A stretch of DNA of 64,000 nt from the NCBI GenBank assembly GCA_040771865.1, contig JAXGZF010000006.1, forward strand, positions 310,001 to 374,000, in the 5' to 3' direction. Source of the DNA: Desulfobacterales bacterium. GTDB taxonomy: Bacteria > Desulfobacterota > Desulfobacteria > Desulfobacterales > UBA2245. The notes beneath the pieces were generated by a model, which worked only from the letters and a program-made list of their open reading frames with translations, searched no databases and was not told where the DNA came from. The translations under genes and the position numbers were made by a program. Shown here one piece after another: positions 1 to 9,711 of the stretch (position 1 is its first letter; each line of letters opens with the position of its first letter).

Positions 1-545
1 ATGAAAACCTCATTAAAGATGCCGGCGAGGATGTCAACGAGGACGGCGTACTGACCCCGCCGAATTCGGCCGGAGGCGGCATCAACGCGCTGGGCGGGCA
101 GATCACCGTGGTCACCGGTGAAAACGGGGTTGCCGATTTCGATCTGGTTTACCTGAAAAATTCGGCTGTCTGGATTGCGGACCGGGTCCGGGCCAGCACC
201 ATGGTTCAGGGCACGGAAATATCTACCTCTCAGACCTTTGTTCTGCCGTATGCAAGATCCGAAGGCGAAGCAGGGCTTCTGGATGACTCTGCCTGGCCGG
301 TCACCCTGAAGACGGCGGCCGGCAGTTACGCTACCTACCCGTTGCCGGCGTTTGAAGGCGGTGTGACAAACTCATACAGAACTGCCTCACTTTATTCCAC
401 GATTGACGCTTTAACGGGTGTTTACACGTTTGACGCCAGCAGCTTAGCGCCAGGCGTCTATTGGGATGACGTGACGATCTCCGATCCAACGTATTATTGG
501 GATGCGGTTTATGTCACCGTGCCCATTCGCATCATTGTTCAATGA
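1..545 (+). CDS. 3' part of a probable secreted or surface Ig-like (beta-rich) protein, truncated at the window start
   Basis: Frame is open from position 3 (ENLIKDAGEDVNEDGVLTPPNSAGG...) to TGA 543-545. It has a DxNxDG Ca-binding-like loop and Thr/Val/Tyr-rich beta-strand composition, and a terminator follows. Confidence 0.55.
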   Translation, partial: ENLIKDAGEDVNEDGVLTPPNSAGGGINALGGQITVVTGENGVADFDLVYLKNSAVWIADRVRASTMVQGTEISTSQTFVLPYARSEGEAGLLDDSAWPVTLKTAAGSYATYPLPAFEGGVTNSYRTASLYSTIDALTGVYTFDASSLAPGVYWDDVTISDPTYYWDAVYVTVPIRIIVQ

Positions 546-564
546 TTCAGGCTGTTCAATAACT

Positions 565-599
565 AAAAAAGGCCGCGTCCGGTTGGGCGCGGCCTTTTT
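565..599 (+). terminator. Intrinsic terminator, probably bidirectional
   Basis: AAAAAA-GGCCGCGTCC-GGTT-GGGCGCGGCC-TTTTT. Confidence 0.85.
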
Positions 600-741
600 C
601 ATGTTGTAAACAAAGCCGATGAAAATTGAAAATCCTTGACTAATTTTGTTCAATTGGTCACCATGCCTTTTTAAATTGAGTTCGGCTCATTTCAAGCAAA
701 ATGCACATCAATTTCATCAAAATTCACGCAGGGAAGAGATC

Positions 742-2175
742 ATGGAATTTGAACCGGTCATCGGGCTTGAGGTTCATGCGCAGCTGAAAACGCAAACCAA
801 GATTTTCTGCGGATGTTCAACCGCCTTCGGAGCGCCGCCCAATACACATACCTGCCCGGTGTGCTTGGGCATGCCCGGCGTGCTGCCGGTGCTCAACCAG
901 AGCGTGGTGGATTTCAGCCTTCGCATGGCGCTTGCCACGCATTGCGCCATTGCCGGGGAAAGCCGATGGGCCCGCAAAAACTATTTTTATCCGGATCTGC
1001 CCAAGGGGTATCAGATCTCCCAGTATGAGCTTCCCATTGCCGAAGGCGGGTACGTGGACATCGAGATTTCCGGCGAGCTCAAACGCATCGGAATCAACCG
1101 GATTCATATGGAGGAAGACGCGGGAAAACTGCTCCATGATTCAAACCGGCCGGTCTGCAGAGTGGATCTGAATCGTGCCGGAGTGCCGCTGATCGAGATC
1201 GTCAGCGAGCCGGACCTCGGTTCGCCGGAAGAGGCCGGGGCCTATCTCAGGCAGCTGCGGTCGATCCTCCGGTATCTGGATATCTGCGACGGCAACATGG
1301 AGGAGGGCAGCTTCCGGTGCGACGCCAATGTGTCGATACGGCCCAGGGGCGAGAAAAAACTGGGCACCCGCACGGAATTGAAAAATCTGAATTCCTTTCG
1401 GCATGTGGAAAGGGCCATCCAGTACGAGATTGACCGTCAGCGTGATGTGCTGCTCGAGGGCGGAAAGATTGTTCAGGAAACCCGGCTGTGGGATCCGGAT
1501 TCCCAGCGTACCCAGTCGATGAGAAGCAAGGAGGAAGCCCACGATTACCGGTACTTTCCGGATCCGGACCTGCTCCCCCTCGTGGTGGATGTAAACTGGA
1601 TCGAGGATGCCCGAAAAACGCTTCCCGAGCTTCCGGAGGAAAAGCGCAGGCGGTTTATCGATCAGTACGGCCTTTCTTTTCAGGACGCCGAATTTCTGAC
1701 GGCAGGCCGTCCACTGGCCGATTATTTTGAAGCCTGCGTTTCCCTGTTTCCCAATCCACGGCAGGTGAACAACTGGGTGACGGGAGAGCTGATGCGGGTT
1801 TTGAATTCGGCCGGAAAATCCGTTGAAGAGACCCCCGTTGCAGCGGAAAGTCTTGCCGAACTGCTCCGGTTGATGGAAGCCGGCGTGATCAGCGGCAAAA
1901 TCGCCAAAACCGTGTTTGATGAAATGGCCGATACCGGTCGAAGCGCATTCGAGATCGTTGAGAAAAAAGGCCTGAAGCAGGTGACGGATTCATCCGCCAT
2001 TGAAGCGGTTGTGGATCAGGTCATTCTGGAAAACCCGAAGGAGGCGGAGGCGTTTCGAGGCGGGAAAACCAAACTGATGGGTTTTTTTGTCGGCCAGGTG
2101 ATGAAGGCAAGCCGGGGAAAGGCCAATCCTCAGATGGTCAACGAACTGCTGGCCAAAAAATTAAAGAGCTCGTAA
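742..2175 (+). CDS. gatB: Asp-tRNA(Asn)/Glu-tRNA(Gln) amidotransferase subunit B
   Basis: [15 protein letters not shown] start; [45 protein letters not shown] motifs; C-terminal [12 protein letters not shown] 742 preferred over ORF-track start 646. Confidence 0.97.
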   Translation: MEFEPVIGLEVHAQLKTQTKIFCGCSTAFGAPPNTHTCPVCLGMPGVLPVLNQSVVDFSLRMALATHCAIAGESRWARKNYFYPDLPKGYQISQYELPIAEGGYVDIEISGELKRIGINRIHMEEDAGKLLHDSNRPVCRVDLNRAGVPLIEIVSEPDLGSPEEAGAYLRQLRSILRYLDICDGNMEEGSFRCDANVSIRPRGEKKLGTRTELKNLNSFRHVERAIQYEIDRQRDVLLEGGKIVQETRLWDPDSQRTQSMRSKEEAHDYRYFPDPDLLPLVVDVNWIEDARKTLPELPEEKRRRFIDQYGLSFQDAEFLTAGRPLADYFEACVSLFPNPRQVNNWVTGELMRVLNSAGKSVEETPVAAESLAELLRLMEAGVISGKIAKTVFDEMADTGRSAFEIVEKKGLKQVTDSSAIEAVVDQVILENPKEAEAFRGGKTKLMGFFVGQVMKASRGKANPQMVNELLAKKLKSS

Positions 2176-2211
2176 AAAAGACGGAAGCGGACCGGCAATG
2201 CATCGCCGCAC

Positions 2212-2359
2212 CGGCAGAGTTATGAAAACCGGTTTCTGAGGCCGCCATTCAGCGTTGCACGGCTCTCGCCAATGCTCACATGTGCTTGAATATGCTGCGC
2301 TTGTCGAATTGCCGCGCGCCTTGCCTGACGGCCTGATTCTTGTTTTCAACAACCTGCTA
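2212..2359. repeat. MITE-like dispersed repeat, copy A
   Basis: Shares GAGGCCGCCAT.CAGCGTTG...CAATGCT.ACAT.TG...GCGCTTGTCG...GCCGCGCGCCTTG and the ...TTTTCAACA.CCTG.TA end with the copies at 36342 and 39631. Confidence 0.8.
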
Positions 2360-2424
2360 AGGCTTCATGGCCGCCTGAGTCATTGAGGGTCCGTTCTGAC
2401 AGGCCCGCTCTGCGCGTCTGTTTT

Positions 2425-2907
2425 TTATTGTTTGTAGCCGAAGGTTCGCAGCAGTTTCTTGCGTGCGGTAATATCGGCTTCGCCCTCGATGCCCCTGGAT
2501 GCAAAACCGTCGATCACGCCCAGAATGCCCCTTCCCTGTTCGGATTCCGCAATGATGACCTCGACCGGGTTGGCCGTGGCGCAGAAAATGCGGCACACCT
2601 CAGGCACGTTTTTGATGGCGTTGAGCACGTTGACCGGAAAGATGTCCTTCATGAAAACGATAAAGCTGTGTCCCGCGCTCAGGGAACGGGCATTTTTTTT
2701 CGCCAGTTCGGTCAGAGCGTCGTCTGTGCCGCTCCAGCGCACCAGGCAGGCATCCGAGGCCTCGCAGAAGGCCAGGCCGAATTTGGCCATGGGCACCGCG
2801 TTGACCAGGGCTTCATGGACATCCTCGACGGTTTTGATGAAATGGGACTGACCCAGAATCAGGTTGAGCTGATTCGGATTTTCGATTGCAATGGTTTTAA
2901 GTTCCAT
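2425..2907 (-). CDS. Adenosine-specific kinase family protein
   Basis: NLILGQSHFIKTVED, FGLAFCEAS, PEVCRIFCATANP, GRGILGVIDG, RKKLLRTFGYK. Confidence 0.88.
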   Translation of the reverse strand: MELKTIAIENPNQLNLILGQSHFIKTVEDVHEALVNAVPMAKFGLAFCEASDACLVRWSGTDDALTELAKKNARSLSAGHSFIVFMKDIFPVNVLNAIKNVPEVCRIFCATANPVEVIIAESEQGRGILGVIDGFASRGIEGEADITARKKLLRTFGYKQ

Positions 2908-3103
2908 GACATTCCTCCCAACTTTCGCACTTCTTGCCCGATTGTTAAGAAGATCGAGCGGAAATAAACGGATAGCAAAACATTTCTAAAGGCATCAGAG
3001 GTGGTTTATACCATTTTTCTCCGGAATAAGGCCAGCAGGTTTTCTCTATCGATTCCTTCGGTTTCATCGAGCAAACACCATCTGCGGAATACCGCCAAGG
3101 CGG

Positions 3104-4321
3104 TTATACGGCTTGGAGTGCATCCGGATCGATGTCGGCAAGCGCACGTTTGATCTGCCGAAGTGCCTGGCGGATTCGATTTTCGTTTTCCACCAGCGCC
3201 AGCCGCAGGTAGCCCTCTCCCTCCTGACCGAATCCGATGCCCGGCGCCACCGCCACGTTGGCCCGTTTCATCATTTCCACGGCGAACTGCATCGAACCCA
3301 TTCGATCGTAGGGTTCCGGAATCTTGACCCATACGAACATGCCGCCTTTAGGCTTGGCGACCGGCCAGCCCATGCGCTGAAGTCCGCGGCAAAGCAAATC
3401 CCGGCGCTGTTGATAGATGGCTACCTGGCGCGATATGTCCTCATCGCATTGGCGCAGGGCGACGATGCCGGCAATTTGAATGGCCGAGAAGATGCCGTAG
3501 TCGTAATATCCCTTGACCTTGGCAAGCCCCTGAATCATCCGCCGGTTGCCGACGCAGTATCCCATCCGCCATCCGGCCATGTTGTAGGACTTTGAAAAAG
3601 AGCCGAACTCCACTCCCACATCGATGGCGCCGGGCGCCTGAAGAAAGCTCGGGGCCGTATAGCCGTCAAAGGTGATCTTGGCGTAGGCGAAGTCATGGAT
3701 CACCATGAACTGGTATTTTTTGGCCAGAGCAACGACTTCACGGAACAGTTCCGGTTCGGTCACCGTGGAGGTGGGATTGTGGGGATAGTTGAGCATCAGC
3801 ACCTTGGGGCGCGGGTACAGAGATTCGCATATATCGCTGATTCGCCGGAGCAGCGATTCCGAGGAGGTTTCCAGGGGAATGCCGATAACATTTCCGCCGG
3901 CGATGATCGATGCGTAGATGTGGATGGGGAAAGCCGGCGTGGGGACAATCACTGTGTCGCCCGGACCGATCAGGGCCAGGCACATGTGGGAGATGCCTTC
4001 CTTGGAACCGATGGTGACGATGACCTCGGCGTCTTCATCGAGGTGAACGCCGTAGTCTCTTTCGTAGGATCGTGCAATTTCCCGGCGAAGGTTTTTAAAA
4101 CCAGCGGCTACGGGATACCGATGGCTTTTCGGATCTTTGACCACATCGCACAGTTTTTCAATAACCGGTTCCGGGGTAGGGTCAATGGGGTTTCCCATGC
4201 CAAGATCAATGACGTCCAGTCCCTCCCAGCGCTTCTGCATCTTGATCTGGTTGATGGTTCCAAAAAGATAAGGCGGCAGCTGCGCCATACGGCTGGCAAA
4301 TCGAATCGGACTGTTCTGCAT
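3104..4321 (-). CDS. alaC: PLP-dependent class I aminotransferase, AlaC (glutamate-pyruvate aminotransferase)-like
   Basis: LPPYLF, IDLGMGNP, VTIGSKEG, PAFPIHIY, NYPHNP, HDFAY, SFSKSYNMAGWRMG, EGYLRLALVENENRIRQA closely recall E. coli AlaC/YfdZ. SD AAGGAG at 4335-4330 precedes ATG 4321. Substrate specificity is inferred. Confidence 0.75.
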   Translation of the reverse strand: MQNSPIRFASRMAQLPPYLFGTINQIKMQKRWEGLDVIDLGMGNPIDPTPEPVIEKLCDVVKDPKSHRYPVAAGFKNLRREIARSYERDYGVHLDEDAEVIVTIGSKEGISHMCLALIGPGDTVIVPTPAFPIHIYASIIAGGNVIGIPLETSSESLLRRISDICESLYPRPKVLMLNYPHNPTSTVTEPELFREVVALAKKYQFMVIHDFAYAKITFDGYTAPSFLQAPGAIDVGVEFGSFSKSYNMAGWRMGYCVGNRRMIQGLAKVKGYYDYGIFSAIQIAGIVALRQCDEDISRQVAIYQQRRDLLCRGLQRMGWPVAKPKGGMFVWVKIPEPYDRMGSMQFAVEMMKRANVAVAPGIGFGQEGEGYLRLALVENENRIRQALRQIKRALADIDPDALQAV

Positions 4322-4354
4322 ATAATTCACTCCTTGCCGACTGCCGGGTCGAAC

Positions 4355-4384
4355 AAAAAAACCCCGGGTTTTTTGGACCCGAGG
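4355..4384 (-). terminator. Second leader terminator-like hairpin (T2) upstream of the alaC-like gene
   Basis: Minus strand CCTCGGGT-CCAAAAA-ACCCGGGG-T7. Confidence 0.6.
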
Positions 4385-4385
4385 C

Positions 4386-4421
4386 AAAAAAAAGCCATGG
4401 GCCTTGTGGTCAGCCCATGGC
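4386..4421 (-). terminator. Attenuator terminator (T1, 3:4 hairpin)
   Basis: Minus strand GCCATGGGC-TGACCACAAG-GCCCATGGC-T8; perfect 9-bp stem. Confidence 0.85.
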
Positions 4422-4446
4422 GTACCCGACAGATCAGATCAATAGG

Positions 4447-4512
4447 TTATCTTCTGTCAACGGCCGCATGGACTCTCGAATCCGCGGCCGCTGCGTTGCT
4501 AAATACGTTCAT
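4447..4512 (-). CDS. Putative alanine-rich attenuator leader peptide MNVFSNAAAADSRVHAAVDRR
   Basis: ATG 4512 to TAA 4447; 6 of 21 codons are Ala (GCA GCG GCC GCG ... GCG GCC); stop lies 25 nt before T1; no clear SD. Confidence 0.7.
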   Translation of the reverse strand: MNVFSNAAAADSRVHAAVDRR

Positions 4513-4561
4513 AAGGTAAAATTTTGCCGCACTCGTTGTTTTCGGGCGGTCTGGCGTTTCT

Positions 4562-4750
4562 TTATTTACCGGATTTGGCTGATGAATAGCCGTCGGCATA
4601 CCATCCGCTGCCTTTGAGTTCAAAAGAGCAGGCGGACATGATTTTTTTGGCTTTTTGTCGACATTTGGGGCATTCAATTTCCTGAGTGCCCATCTTGACC
4701 CATTTCTCAGTGATTGTGCCATCGGGGCATTCGAATTCATAAACAGGCAT
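4562..4750 (-). CDS. FmdB-family zinc-ribbon regulatory protein
   Basis: MPVYEFEC...CPKC...KIMS...FELKGSGWYADGY; SD GAGAGG upstream. Confidence 0.88.
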   Translation of the reverse strand: MPVYEFECPDGTITEKWVKMGTQEIECPKCRQKAKKIMSACSFELKGSGWYADGYSSAKSGK

Positions 4751-4899
4751 GATACCAACCTCTCATAATTTTTTTGAAACTGTATTATAGAAGAATATTC
4801 AAAATTTAATCGAAGTCAAGAAAAAAGATCGTTCAATGCAATCTTCGGCTTTCCCAAAAATTCTTGAAAATGCATGCCGCTTGGGGTATAAGCGCGACA

Positions 4900-6186
4900 A
4901 TGAAATCTAAATTTCTGCATTCAAACTGGATATGCTTGGCCCTTTTGCTGATTTTGTTGCCTGCCTGCAAGCTGACCTCCGCGGAAAAATCAAAAACCCA
5001 CAATTTTCAAGCTGCCAAGAGATCGACTCAACCGTCCAAAGCCGAATTTCGCTATGGAATCGATGTCAGCAAGTATTCCCTCGAAACCGGCACGGTCGTG
5101 AACGGAGAGAACCTGGTCTCCATTCTCGGCCGTTTTCGAGTTCCCGATTCGACGGGATGCGCCGCGGCTGCCGCGGCCGCCTGCGTCTTTGACGTTCGAA
5201 GCATTCAGGCGGGAAATTCCTACAGTATCTTTAAAGACCCGGAAAGCAGCGCCCGGTATTTTGTTTACGAGGAAAACCCCATAGATTACGTTGTGTTTGA
5301 CCTTGGCGATCCGATTCATGTGTCCACCGGCAAAAAACCAGTGGAAGTTCGCATTCAGACAGCTTCAGGCATAATCGAAGATTCTCTTTACCAGGCCGTC
5401 ATGGATCAGGGGCTGAATTACGATTTGCTGATCCAGCTTTCGGAAATTTATGCCTGGTCTTTTGATTTTCATCACCTGCAAAAAGGCGACAGTTTTACTG
5501 CATTGTTTGAACAAAATTGCGTGGACGGGAATCCGGTGGGCCTGGGGAAGGTTCTGGCCGCGCGTTTCACTTACCGTGGAAGCGATTACAGCGCTTATTA
5601 TTTTGAATCGGACAACCATGGCGACTACTACGACGAAGAAGGTCGGTGCCTTCGAAAAACTTTTTTGAAAGCGCCGATCCGCTATAGCCGTATCAGCTCC
5701 GGTTTCAGCCGCTGCCGGCTGCATCCGGTACTCAAGGTCTACCGGCCGCATCTGGGCACCGACTATGCGGCGCCCGCCGGAACTCCGGTGATGAGCGTGG
5801 GAGACGGGGTGGTTGCGGAGGCCGCTTATAACAACAGCAATGGCCGCTATCTGACAATCCGGCACAACGGCACATACAGCAGCCAGTACCTGCATTTTTC
5901 CCGTTTTGCCAAAGGTATCCGCCCTGGAACCCGGGTGCGTCAGGGCCAGATTATCGGTTATGTGGGAAGTACGGGTCTTGCGACCGGCCCGCATCTGGAC
6001 TTCCGTCTGCGCAAAAACGGCAAACTGGTGGATCACCGCAAGGAAAAAAATCCTTCGGTCCAGCCGCTGAACGACAGGTTGCTTCCCTTGTTCGCCCGCT
6101 ATATCGAACCGCTTAAGTTGCGCTTGGATGAAGCAGCCATCTGTGCGGGTTATGCAAATGATCCCGTATCCGATACCAGGGGATAA
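4900..6186 (+). CDS. M23 family peptidoglycan DD-metalloendopeptidase (MepM/Csd3-like)
   Basis: N-terminal hydrophobic segment, FLKAP, RLHPVLKVYRPHLGTDYAAP, YLHFS, VGSTGLATGPHLDFR. Start ATG 4900 chosen. Confidence 0.9.
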   Translation: MKSKFLHSNWICLALLLILLPACKLTSAEKSKTHNFQAAKRSTQPSKAEFRYGIDVSKYSLETGTVVNGENLVSILGRFRVPDSTGCAAAAAAACVFDVRSIQAGNSYSIFKDPESSARYFVYEENPIDYVVFDLGDPIHVSTGKKPVEVRIQTASGIIEDSLYQAVMDQGLNYDLLIQLSEIYAWSFDFHHLQKGDSFTALFEQNCVDGNPVGLGKVLAARFTYRGSDYSAYYFESDNHGDYYDEEGRCLRKTFLKAPIRYSRISSGFSRCRLHPVLKVYRPHLGTDYAAPAGTPVMSVGDGVVAEAAYNNSNGRYLTIRHNGTYSSQYLHFSRFAKGIRPGTRVRQGQIIGYVGSTGLATGPHLDFRLRKNGKLVDHRKEKNPSVQPLNDRLLPLFARYIEPLKLRLDEAAICAGYANDPVSDTRG

Positions 6187-6383
6187 TCCGCCGGCCCGGC
6201 AGAGCAGCATGGCAGCGGCAGCCGCTTTATCCTTCTCAATAGCAGCTGTGTTTCAGGGTTGCCACGAAAGCGCTATATTTTCTGAGGCGGCCTTTCTTCT
6301 GTTCTGCGGGGCAGAAGGTAAACGGGTTTTGGCGCATTGAAATAAAATGCAACCGTCGTGTTCCAGGTTGAAGTGCTTCGAGT

Positions 6384-6872
6384 ATGAAAATGAAACTAAC
6401 GCTGTTCGGACTGATTCTGCTCTTTCCGGCCATGTGTTCGGGCATGGAAAAAGCGGATTTTGTCGTGGTGAAAAAATCCGAATCCAGACTCTACCTGATG
6501 ACCGAGGGAAGGGTAATTAAAAAATTTCCGGTCTCGTTCGGTTCAAATCCAAGGGGCCATAAGCACAGGAAAGGCGACAAACGTACGCCGGAGGGCTTTT
6601 ACTTTCTGGATTATAAAAAGGAAGACAGCGCTTTTTATAAATCGATTCACATCTCATATCCAAATGAGACGGATATCAGACAAGCCACCCAGCGGGGCGT
6701 TGACCCCGGAGGAATGATCATGATTCACGGTCAGCCGAAAGATCATATTCGATTGTCCATTGACAGCCACAAGTACAACTGGACCGATGGATGCATTGCC
6801 CTGTCCAATAAAGACATGGACGTAGTCTGGCAGGCGGTTGAGGATGGAACGCCAATCAGGATTCTGCCCTGA
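6384..6872 (+). CDS. L,D-transpeptidase (YkuD) family protein
   Basis: Signal peptide, GDKRTPEG, ISYPN, IMIHG, WTDGCIALSN, GTPIRI. Confidence 0.9.
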   Translation: MKMKLTLFGLILLFPAMCSGMEKADFVVVKKSESRLYLMTEGRVIKKFPVSFGSNPRGHKHRKGDKRTPEGFYFLDYKKEDSAFYKSIHISYPNETDIRQATQRGVDPGGMIMIHGQPKDHIRLSIDSHKYNWTDGCIALSNKDMDVVWQAVEDGTPIRILP

Positions 6873-6922
6873 CGGAAATTTTGAAAGACACGGGTAAAAC
6901 CGACTTTCATGCCAGCCGCTTT

Positions 6923-8575
6923 TCAGCTGCCGGCCGAATTCAACACCTCAGCGATGATCTCTCGGGCCTCCTGCTGAATCTGTTTCAGATGATCCTTTCC
7001 GGCAAAACTTTCAGCATATACCTTGTAGATATTTTCAGTGCCGGATGGTCTTGCGGCAAACCACCCGTTTTCACTTGAAATTTTGATTCCACCGATCGGC
7101 GCCTGATTTTCCGGAGCATGGGTGAGCTTTTCCAGAATCTTTTCGCCAGCCAGGGTATTCCGGCGGATCTGATCCGCGGACATTCCGGAAAGGGCGGCTT
7201 TTTCCAGCGGATTGGTCGGTACGTCGATTCTTTCGTATACAGGGCGACCCAGCGTTCGGGTCAGTTCCTCGTAGAGCTGGCCTGGATCTTTTCGGAGTTT
7301 TGCGGTGATTTCGGCAGCGAGAAGATCCATGATGATGCCGTCTTTGTCGGTGGTCCACACGCCTCCGTCTTTCCGGACAAAGGTAGCGCCGGCGCTCTCC
7401 TCGCCGGCAAATCCAAAGACGCCCTCAAGAAGGCCGGGTACGAACCATTTGAAGCCTACGGGAACATGGGCGACGCGTCTGCCCAGATGTTTTGCCACCC
7501 GGTCGATCATGCTGCTGCTGACCAGGGTTTTGCCGATGGCAAAATGCCCAGGCCATTCCGGACGGTTCCCGAACAGATACCAGATGGAAAGAGCCAGGAA
7601 TGCATTGGGATTCATCAGCCCGCCTGACGGGCCGACGATGCCGTGACGGTCTCCGTCGGGATCATTGCCGAAGGCGATGCCATATGTGTCTTTCAAATCA
7701 ATCAAACCGGCCATGGCATAAGGTGAGGAGCAGTCCATGCGGATTTTTCCGTCCCAGTCAAGGGTCATGAACCTGAAGGTCGGATCCACCGCCGGGTTGA
7801 CCACATCGATGTTCACACCGTATTTTCTGGCGATGGGTTCCCAAAAGGGCAGAGTGGAGCCTCCCATGGGATCGACGCCGATACGGATGCCGCTGGATCG
7901 AATAATCTTCATATCGATGATGTTCCGAAGATCGTCCACATAGGGTTCGATGTAGTCGTAATGCTCCGTAGTTCGAGCGCGCAAGGCCCTGGCATAGTCC
8001 ATTCTGTGAACGGATTTCAGGCCGTCTCGCAGAATGGCGTTGGCGCGCTGTTCGATCCATCGGGTGGCGTCCGTGTCCGCGGGTCCCCCTTCGGGGGGGT
8101 TGTACTTGAATCCACCGTCTTCAGGGGGATTGTGAGAAGGGGTGATCACGATGCCGTCGGCCAGAACCGGCTTCTTCCGCCGGTTGTGAGCCAGTATGGC
8201 GTGAGAGATCACCGGGGTGGGGGTGTAGCCCTGTCCGCTTTGAATGACGGTTCGGACATCGTTTGCGGCAAGTACTTCCAGAGCGGAGATAAAACTGGGT
8301 TCGGACAATGCGTGAGTGTCCATGCCCAAGAACAGCGGACCTTGAATTGCTTTGATCTTGCGGAATTCACAGATTGCCTGAGTGATGGCAAGCACATGGT
8401 TTTCGTTGAAGCTGTTTTTCAGAGAGGTTCCCCGGTGGCCCGAGGTTCCGAATGCGACCTGCTGACTTGTATCGGTGGGGTCCGGCTTGAAGGAATAGTA
8501 GGCGCTGACCAGACGGGCAATGTTGGCCAGCATGGAATTCAAAGCGGGTTTGCCTGCAAGTTCGTGCAGCGTCAT
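6923..8575 (-). CDS. pgm: Phosphoglucomutase
   Basis: [50 protein letters not shown] before ATG 8575. Confidence 0.95.
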   Translation of the reverse strand: MTLHELAGKPALNSMLANIARLVSAYYSFKPDPTDTSQQVAFGTSGHRGTSLKNSFNENHVLAITQAICEFRKIKAIQGPLFLGMDTHALSEPSFISALEVLAANDVRTVIQSGQGYTPTPVISHAILAHNRRKKPVLADGIVITPSHNPPEDGGFKYNPPEGGPADTDATRWIEQRANAILRDGLKSVHRMDYARALRARTTEHYDYIEPYVDDLRNIIDMKIIRSSGIRIGVDPMGGSTLPFWEPIARKYGVNIDVVNPAVDPTFRFMTLDWDGKIRMDCSSPYAMAGLIDLKDTYGIAFGNDPDGDRHGIVGPSGGLMNPNAFLALSIWYLFGNRPEWPGHFAIGKTLVSSSMIDRVAKHLGRRVAHVPVGFKWFVPGLLEGVFGFAGEESAGATFVRKDGGVWTTDKDGIIMDLLAAEITAKLRKDPGQLYEELTRTLGRPVYERIDVPTNPLEKAALSGMSADQIRRNTLAGEKILEKLTHAPENQAPIGGIKISSENGWFAARPSGTENIYKVYAESFAGKDHLKQIQQEAREIIAEVLNSAGS

Positions 8576-8803
8576 GGAATAAACCTCCTCTGTATTCAAA
8601 CGGAGTGCTGAAGTAAATTTTTGCTGAAAAGAGCAAACGGTATTGATGCGATCCGCTATAGCCACTGGATTTTTAACATCATAGCGGACGGCTGTTTGTC
8701 GCGTCAAGTATTATGGATGTCTGCGTAATGAGCTGGAGCAGGTGATTCTTTGCTCTGAAAATCCGTCCTGGTGCAAGAAGAGGCCGCTTCCAGACCGGAG
8801 GGA

Positions 8804-9562
8804 CTATAATGCGGTTTCGCCTTTCCGGCGCCTTTCTGTCTGTTTCCGGCGTAATTCTTCCTCTTCCGCCAAAAGCAGTTTTTCAATCGTGTCCACGTAA
8901 TAGATGGAAATTTCGTAAATCAGTATTCCGGAGCGATCCATGGCCTCAGACAAAAAAAGCATGTTTGTTTTTTCCTGCCACCAGAGCGTTCTACCGTTTT
9001 TGGACTTCCATTCAAGCGTTTGAGCAGGACCGTATTTCTGGGTCAGGGTTTCGGCCAGATCCAGTCCGCCCTGTCTGGTTCTGACTTTCAGAATCGCCGG
9101 TGTGCGGGAATAACCGGAAAAGATCATTTCAATATGATCAAAGGGAACGTTCTTTTTCCGCGCATAACGGTAAGAAAACTTCAAGGCGTTGTGCTCGACC
9201 CTCGCTCTTCCCGGAGGGTTGAGCTTCTGGTTCAGGGCATGCAACTCATTGAAACTTTCTTTTAGAAAACCTGAATAGTTCAAGGACAGATCGATTGGAA
9301 CCCGTCGCTCAACTGCATGGGATCCCAGCTGACTGTCAAGACGATTCAACAGCGACTGACTTAAAGGCGTCCGATATCCGACATCGAAAAGCGTAAATCC
9401 CTCGGCAGCAACCGACTCGGCAGGGGCCCGCGGAATTTCCGGAATTTTTTCGGTCTGACGCCACAGGAGCAGCAGAGCAAGTCCGATTACCAGCACAGCG
9501 GCGATTCCGCCGAGAACGGCATTTCTGAATTGAGGATTTAGAGGGCTCATTCCTTTGAACAA
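8804..9562 (-). CDS. Hypothetical membrane-anchored protein
   Basis: 252-aa ORF with one N-terminal hydrophobic helix; promoter upstream; start uncertain (9562 or 9550). Confidence 0.7.
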   Translation of the reverse strand: MFKGMSPLNPQFRNAVLGGIAAVLVIGLALLLLWRQTEKIPEIPRAPAESVAAEGFTLFDVGYRTPLSQSLLNRLDSQLGSHAVERRVPIDLSLNYSGFLKESFNELHALNQKLNPPGRARVEHNALKFSYRYARKKNVPFDHIEMIFSGYSRTPAILKVRTRQGGLDLAETLTQKYGPAQTLEWKSKNGRTLWWQEKTNMLFLSEAMDRSGILIYEISIYYVDTIEKLLLAEEEELRRKQTERRRKGETAL

Positions 9563-9636
9563 ATCGTTTTAATATTCAAAATGAAGTTCGGAAGCATTCC
9601 GCCTTTACACGACGTTGAATCACGCGGTCCGGCTTC

Positions 9637-9665
9637 TATATAGCTTTCCGGAGCGGCAAGGTCAA
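9637..9665 (-). promoter_or_regulatory. Sigma70-type promoter
   Basis: TTGACC-17 nt-TATATA on the minus strand. Confidence 0.5.
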
Positions 9666-9670
9666 ATAGA

Positions 9671-9703
9671 TTGACGGGGGGGGTAATTCATCCCCCCTGT
9701 TGA
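9671..9703 (-). terminator. Hairpin downstream of htpX
   Basis: G-run/C-run inverted repeat GGGGGGGT-AATTC-ATCCCCCC directly after the stop; no strong U tract. Confidence 0.45.
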
Positions 9704-9711
9704 ATGAGCGC

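Noticed and set aside
2161..2352. Short ORFs sharing LKTRIRPSGKARG (also 36286..36522)
   Set aside because: They are translations of the MITE-like repeat, not a protein family.
4447..4758. 103-aa ORF overlapping the FmdB-family gene
   Set aside because: It starts at a TTG directly against the SD used by the FmdB gene and runs in another frame. Only its last 21 codons are kept, as the leader peptide.
5980..6005. M23 peptidase has HLD in place of HxH
   Set aside because: To my knowledge a common variant in this subfamily; not evidence of inactivation on its own.
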